The notes under the pieces were generated by a model. It saw nothing but the letters and a program-made list of their open reading frames with translations. It searched no databases and was not told the DNA's origin. Source: Verrucomicrobiales bacterium (lineage in GTDB: Bacteria > Verrucomicrobiota > Verrucomicrobiia > Methylacidiphilales > JAAUTS01). Taken from it: a stretch of DNA of 47,005 bases. Position numbers and translations under genes: made by a program. Positions 43,555 through 47,005 of this stretch are shown one piece after another; the stretch's first letter is position 1; every line of letters starts with the position of its first letter. The DNA lies in assembly GCA_031265105.1 (NCBI GenBank), contig JAISDC010000046.1, positions 1 to 47,005 of the forward strand, in the 5' to 3' direction.

Positions 43555-44859
43555 CTAAATCGTCGTGTTGTCCGGCACAATCGTGCCTTTCGGAATAATC
43601 ACAATGCCCTCGCGCACATAGTACAAGGTCGAGTCAAAATGCGCCGGCTTGTCCGCGCCGCTGATGGTGACGTTCCGGCCGATGCGGGCGTTTTTGTCAA
43701 CGATGGCGCCGCTGATCTTGGTGTTGGCGCCGATGCCGACATGCGGAATCTTGATGTTCTGGTCCGCCTGCATATCCTCGTCGCACTGGTAGAAGTCGGC
43801 GCCCATGATGATGCTGTCCTTGATTTCCACGCCGGCTTCAATGCGGCTGCGGATGCCGATGATGGAATGGGTGATGTTGGCGTTGGAAATGATGCTGCCC
43901 TCGGACAGCACCGCCTTTTCCACGCGGCTTTCTATCACCTTGCTGGCCGGCAGGGTCAGGCGCTGCGAATAAATCGGCGAGTTGCCGTCGTAAAAATTGA
44001 ACTGCGGCACCGGGTTGGTCAGGTCCAGGTTGGCGTCATAGAACGCCTTGATGGTGCCGATGTCCTCCCAGTAGCCCTGGTAAATGTAGGAAAACACCTT
44101 CTTGTCGGTGATGGCCTGCGGAATGATGTCGCGGCCGAAGTCGGTGTTGCTCATGTCAAACAGCGCCTCCTCCAGCACCTTGCGGCTGAACACGTAAATG
44201 CCCATCGACGCCAGATACAGGTCGCCGGCCTGGTGACCTGACAACCGGCTGCGGGTGGCGTCGCTGATGCGCAGCGAGTCCAGCAGGGCGTCGTCCTTCG
44301 GCTTTTCCACGAACCGGGTGATGCGGCGGTTGTCGTCCACCTGCATGATGCCGAACCCGCGGGCCGGCTCGCGCGACACCGGAATGGTCGCCACGGTGAT
44401 GTCAGCGCCGGTCTTGACGTGTTGCGCCAGAATCCGCCGGTAATCCATGCGATACAATTGGTCGCCGCTGAGAATCAGCACCAGGTCGTGCTGGTGGTTG
44501 GACAGGTGACTGATGTTCTGCCGCACCGCGTCCGCCGTGCCCTGGTACCAGCCGGTCATGTCGCTGTTCTGCGTGGCGGCGAGAATGTCAATGAAATCGT
44601 AAGGATAATAGTCGTCGAAACTAAAACTCTGGTAAACGTGGCGGTGCAGCGAGGAACTGAGATATTGCGTCAGCAAAAAGATGCGCTTCAAGCCCGAATT
44701 GATGCACAGGCTGATCGGAATATCCACCAGCCGGTACTTGCCCGCCAGCGGCACCGCCGGCTTGGCCCGTTCCTTGGTCAGCGGAAATAACCGGGTGCCC
44801 GCGCCCCCGCCCAGAATCACCGAGATTACCCGGCTTGAATCAAAAAAATTTTGTTCCAT
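43555..44859 (-). CDS. glgC: Glucose-1-phosphate adenylyltransferase
   Basis: ILGGGAGTRLFPLTKERAKPAVPLAGKYRLVDIP and a C-terminal left-handed beta-helix repeat region. Confidence 0.93.
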   Translation of the reverse strand: MEQNFFDSSRVISVILGGGAGTRLFPLTKERAKPAVPLAGKYRLVDIPISLCINSGLKRIFLLTQYLSSSLHRHVYQSFSFDDYYPYDFIDILAATQNSDMTGWYQGTADAVRQNISHLSNHQHDLVLILSGDQLYRMDYRRILAQHVKTGADITVATIPVSREPARGFGIMQVDDNRRITRFVEKPKDDALLDSLRISDATRSRLSGHQAGDLYLASMGIYVFSRKVLEEALFDMSNTDFGRDIIPQAITDKKVFSYIYQGYWEDIGTIKAFYDANLDLTNPVPQFNFYDGNSPIYSQRLTLPASKVIESRVEKAVLSEGSIISNANITHSIIGIRSRIEAGVEIKDSIIMGADFYQCDEDMQADQNIKIPHVGIGANTKISGAIVDKNARIGRNVTISGADKPAHFDSTLYYVREGIVIIPKGTIVPDNTTI

Positions 44860-44922
44860 ACGAAACAGTCTATTTAAGATTTGACGTTATAGGAAACAAG
44901 GCGGTAAACAAGATGTTTCTTT

Positions 44923-46773
44923 ATGTGCGGAATCATTGCTTACGTGGGGGATCGCGAGGCGCAACCCATCCTGCTGGACGGCCTGAGCCGGCTGGAATAC
45001 CGCGGCTACGACTCGGCCGGGCTGGCGGTACACACCGCCGGCGGCCTGCGCGTGCAAAAAAAGGCCGGCCGCATCGCGTCATTGTCAGCGGCGGTCGCGC
45101 GCCAGCCGGTGTCGTCAACCTCAGGCATCAGCCACACCCGCTGGGCGACGCACGGCGAACCGACCGACGCCAACGCCCACCCGCATCTCGACCAATCCGG
45201 CCACATCGCGCTGGCGCACAACGGCGTGATTGAAAATTTCCACGAGCTCAAGCAGGCGCTGACACTGCAAGGCCACGTCTTCCACTCCGCCACCGACACC
45301 GAGGTGCTGGCGCATCTCATCGGCGAACATTACCAAAAACTCGCCACCCTCAGCGGCGTCGCGCGGCTGTCCGCGGCAGTGCGGGCCGCGCTCGGCGAAG
45401 TCAACGGCACCTACGGCATCGCGGTCATCCACCGCGACCTGCCGAACGTGGTCATCGGCGCGCGGCGCGGCAGCCCGCTGGTGGTGGGCCTCGGCGCGAC
45501 GGAAACATTCCTGTGCAGCGACGCCGCCGCGCTCGCGCCCTACACGCAAAAGGTCGTGTACCTGAAGGATTTCGACTTCGTCACGCTGCAACCCGGCAAG
45601 TTCGACCTGCAAAACCTCGGCGGCCGCGACACCGATTACGAAATCAAGGAACTGGACTTCAAGCCCGAGGCGGCCGAGCAAGGCGCGTTCGCGCACTTCA
45701 TGCTGAAGGAAATTTTCGAGCAACCCGAAACCATCCGCAACGCCATGCGCGGCCGCGTGGACAAAGACACCGCCACCGCGCACCTCGGCGGCCTGAACCT
45801 GACCGGCGAACAATTGCGCGACCTCCGGCGCATCATCGTGCTCGGCTGCGGCACGGCACTGTACGCGGGGATGGTCGGCAAACACATGATTGAAAACGCC
45901 GCGCTGCTGCCGGTGGAGACGGATTTTTCCAGCGAGTTCCGCTACCGCAACACCCCGCTGGAGAACGACACGCTGTTCTTCGTCGTCAGCCAGTCGGGCG
46001 AGACCGCCGACACGCTCGGCGCGCTCCGCGAGGCGCAACGCAAAGGCCACCGCGCGCTGGGCATCTGCAACAACGTCGGCAGCACCATCGCCCGCGAGAG
46101 CGACGGCGGCGTGTACATGCACGCCGGGCCGGAAATCGGCGTGGCGGCGACCAAGTCCTTCATCTCGCAGGCGACCGTCTTCGCCCTGCTGGCGCTGAAG
46201 CTGGGCCGGCTGCGCCACCTGTCAGCGTCAGCGGGCGGCGAAATCATCGAGGCGCTGGAAAAACTGCCCGCGCAAGTCGAGGTCATCCTGCAACAAAGCG
46301 ACGCCATCAAAAACATCGCGGAAAAATACGCTGACAGTCGCAGCATGTTATTCTTCGGCCGGCTGGGCAACTACCCCGTCGCCCTCGAAGGCGCGCTGAA
46401 GATGAAGGAAATCTCCTACCTCCACGCCGAGGGCTACCCGTCGTCCGAATTGAAACACGGCGTCATCGCGCTGATTGACAAACACACCCCGTCAGTCGTC
46501 ATCGCCCCGCACGACAGCCTGTACGACAAAAACATGAACAGCCTCCAGGAAATCAAAGCGCGCCGCGGCCCGGTGATTTGCCTGACCACCTGCGGCGGCA
46601 ACGAGACCGGGTGCCTCGCTGACGAGGTCATCAAAATCCCGCAAACACTGGAACTGCTGCAACCGATCTTAAACGTCGTCCCGCTGCAACTGCTCGCCTA
46701 CCACACCGCCGTCACCCTGGGCCGCGACATCGACAAACCGCGCAACCTGGCCAAGTCAGTCACAGTGGAGTAA
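44923..46773 (+). CDS. glmS: Glutamine--fructose-6-phosphate aminotransferase
   Basis: MCGIIAYVG N-terminal nucleophile, two SIS domains (SQSGETADT), C-terminal LAKSVTVE. Confidence 0.97.
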   Translation: MCGIIAYVGDREAQPILLDGLSRLEYRGYDSAGLAVHTAGGLRVQKKAGRIASLSAAVARQPVSSTSGISHTRWATHGEPTDANAHPHLDQSGHIALAHNGVIENFHELKQALTLQGHVFHSATDTEVLAHLIGEHYQKLATLSGVARLSAAVRAALGEVNGTYGIAVIHRDLPNVVIGARRGSPLVVGLGATETFLCSDAAALAPYTQKVVYLKDFDFVTLQPGKFDLQNLGGRDTDYEIKELDFKPEAAEQGAFAHFMLKEIFEQPETIRNAMRGRVDKDTATAHLGGLNLTGEQLRDLRRIIVLGCGTALYAGMVGKHMIENAALLPVETDFSSEFRYRNTPLENDTLFFVVSQSGETADTLGALREAQRKGHRALGICNNVGSTIARESDGGVYMHAGPEIGVAATKSFISQATVFALLALKLGRLRHLSASAGGEIIEALEKLPAQVEVILQQSDAIKNIAEKYADSRSMLFFGRLGNYPVALEGALKMKEISYLHAEGYPSSELKHGVIALIDKHTPSVVIAPHDSLYDKNMNSLQEIKARRGPVICLTTCGGNETGCLADEVIKIPQTLELLQPILNVVPLQLLAYHTAVTLGRDIDKPRNLAKSVTVE

Positions 46774-46842
46774 TTGCTCGACGCGCTGGCGGTCCGTCGC
46801 CGTAACCGGCCCGTCCGTTAGCGTAAAAAAACTGCGTCAGCC

Positions 46843-47005
46843 CTGGGAGCGCCGTCGTCCCCGACGGCTGGTTCACCTGCCAAGGTCAGTCAGCCGGCTG
46901 GAAGCCGGCGCTCCCAGTGCTGGCGCCGGGGTCTACACAAGGAGCGCCGACTGTACTGGGAGCGCCGGCATCCTTGCCGGCAGACTAACCTTGGCAGGTG
47001 AACCA
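46843..47005. repeat. Composite nested-hairpin repeat element (may continue beyond the window)
   Basis: 18-bp perfect outer inverted repeat TGGTTCACCTGCCAAGGT (46869-46886) / ACCTTGGCAGGTGAACCA (46988-47005). Three full copies of the box CTGGGAGCGCC (46843 +, 46907 -, 46956 +), each fused to its own 6-7-bp GC hairpin (46851-46868, 46893-46909, 46964-46981), plus a partial box at 46939. Confidence 0.85.

Noticed and set aside
41805-43598. 597-aa + strand ORF, and similar long antisense ORFs (4014..5201, 5137..6138, 6617..7846, 8840..10159, 20583..21551, 22295..23242, 25960..26823, 28957..29646, 33949..34830, 43531..44241, 45121..46218)
   Set aside because: Each lies opposite a gene with strong family signatures. 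Their translations are Arg/Ala/Gly/His-rich with no motifs, typical high-GC shadow ORFs.
44860-44922. glmS ribozyme / riboswitch upstream of glmS
   Set aside because: Only 63 nt separate glgC and glmS. That is too short for the ribozyme, and I see no conserved core.

Overview
High-GC (about 60-65 %) bacterial chromosomal segment. The PEP-CTERM, LamG and autotransporter repertoire suggests a Verrucomicrobiota/PVC-type organism (inference only). I can support about 45 protein genes. I recognise no rRNA, tRNA, CRISPR array, transposase or integrase. The ORF track translates TTG/GTG starts as M, so several starts were moved to the first plausible ATG/GTG. Left third (1-17.3 kb): two paralogous autotransporter loci, the first cut by the window edge, bracket sodA, a PHP phosphatase, a sugar-isomerase/oxidoreductase pair, a secreted hypothetical, ispA and a plsY-gpsA-lpxI-oxidoreductase-lpxB operon. 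Centre (17.3-33 kb): lower-GC accessory DNA. It holds an orphan gene resembling a phage/conjugative-element domain, two tandem LamG-like paralogs (one with PEP-CTERM), a 10.8-kb glycan-utilisation cluster ending in a GH130 mannoside phosphorylase, a secreted hypothetical and a 4x FGSW-repeat protein. Right third (33-47 kb): GT9 heptosyltransferase, second SGNH hydrolase, acyP-ABC-ABC2-TPR operon, ffh-rpsP-KH-trmD-rplS, two secreted hypotheticals, a serine hydrolase, glgC and glmS. I see no obvious new multi-gene defence-type system. The unusual signals are at the DNA level: (1) a hyper-abundant oligomer CGCTGAC, extended form GCTGAC-N-GTGAC, found in every frame, on both strands and as terminator arms; (2) variable-length (GAGCGCGT)n octamer arrays in the conserved leaders of both autotransporter paralogs; (3) a 50-bp palindrome carried in-frame inside both autotransporter genes, built from the same box-plus-hairpin module as a composite nested-hairpin element at the right window edge; (4) a family of long hairpins built from 'stuttered words' with A/T-rich loops.
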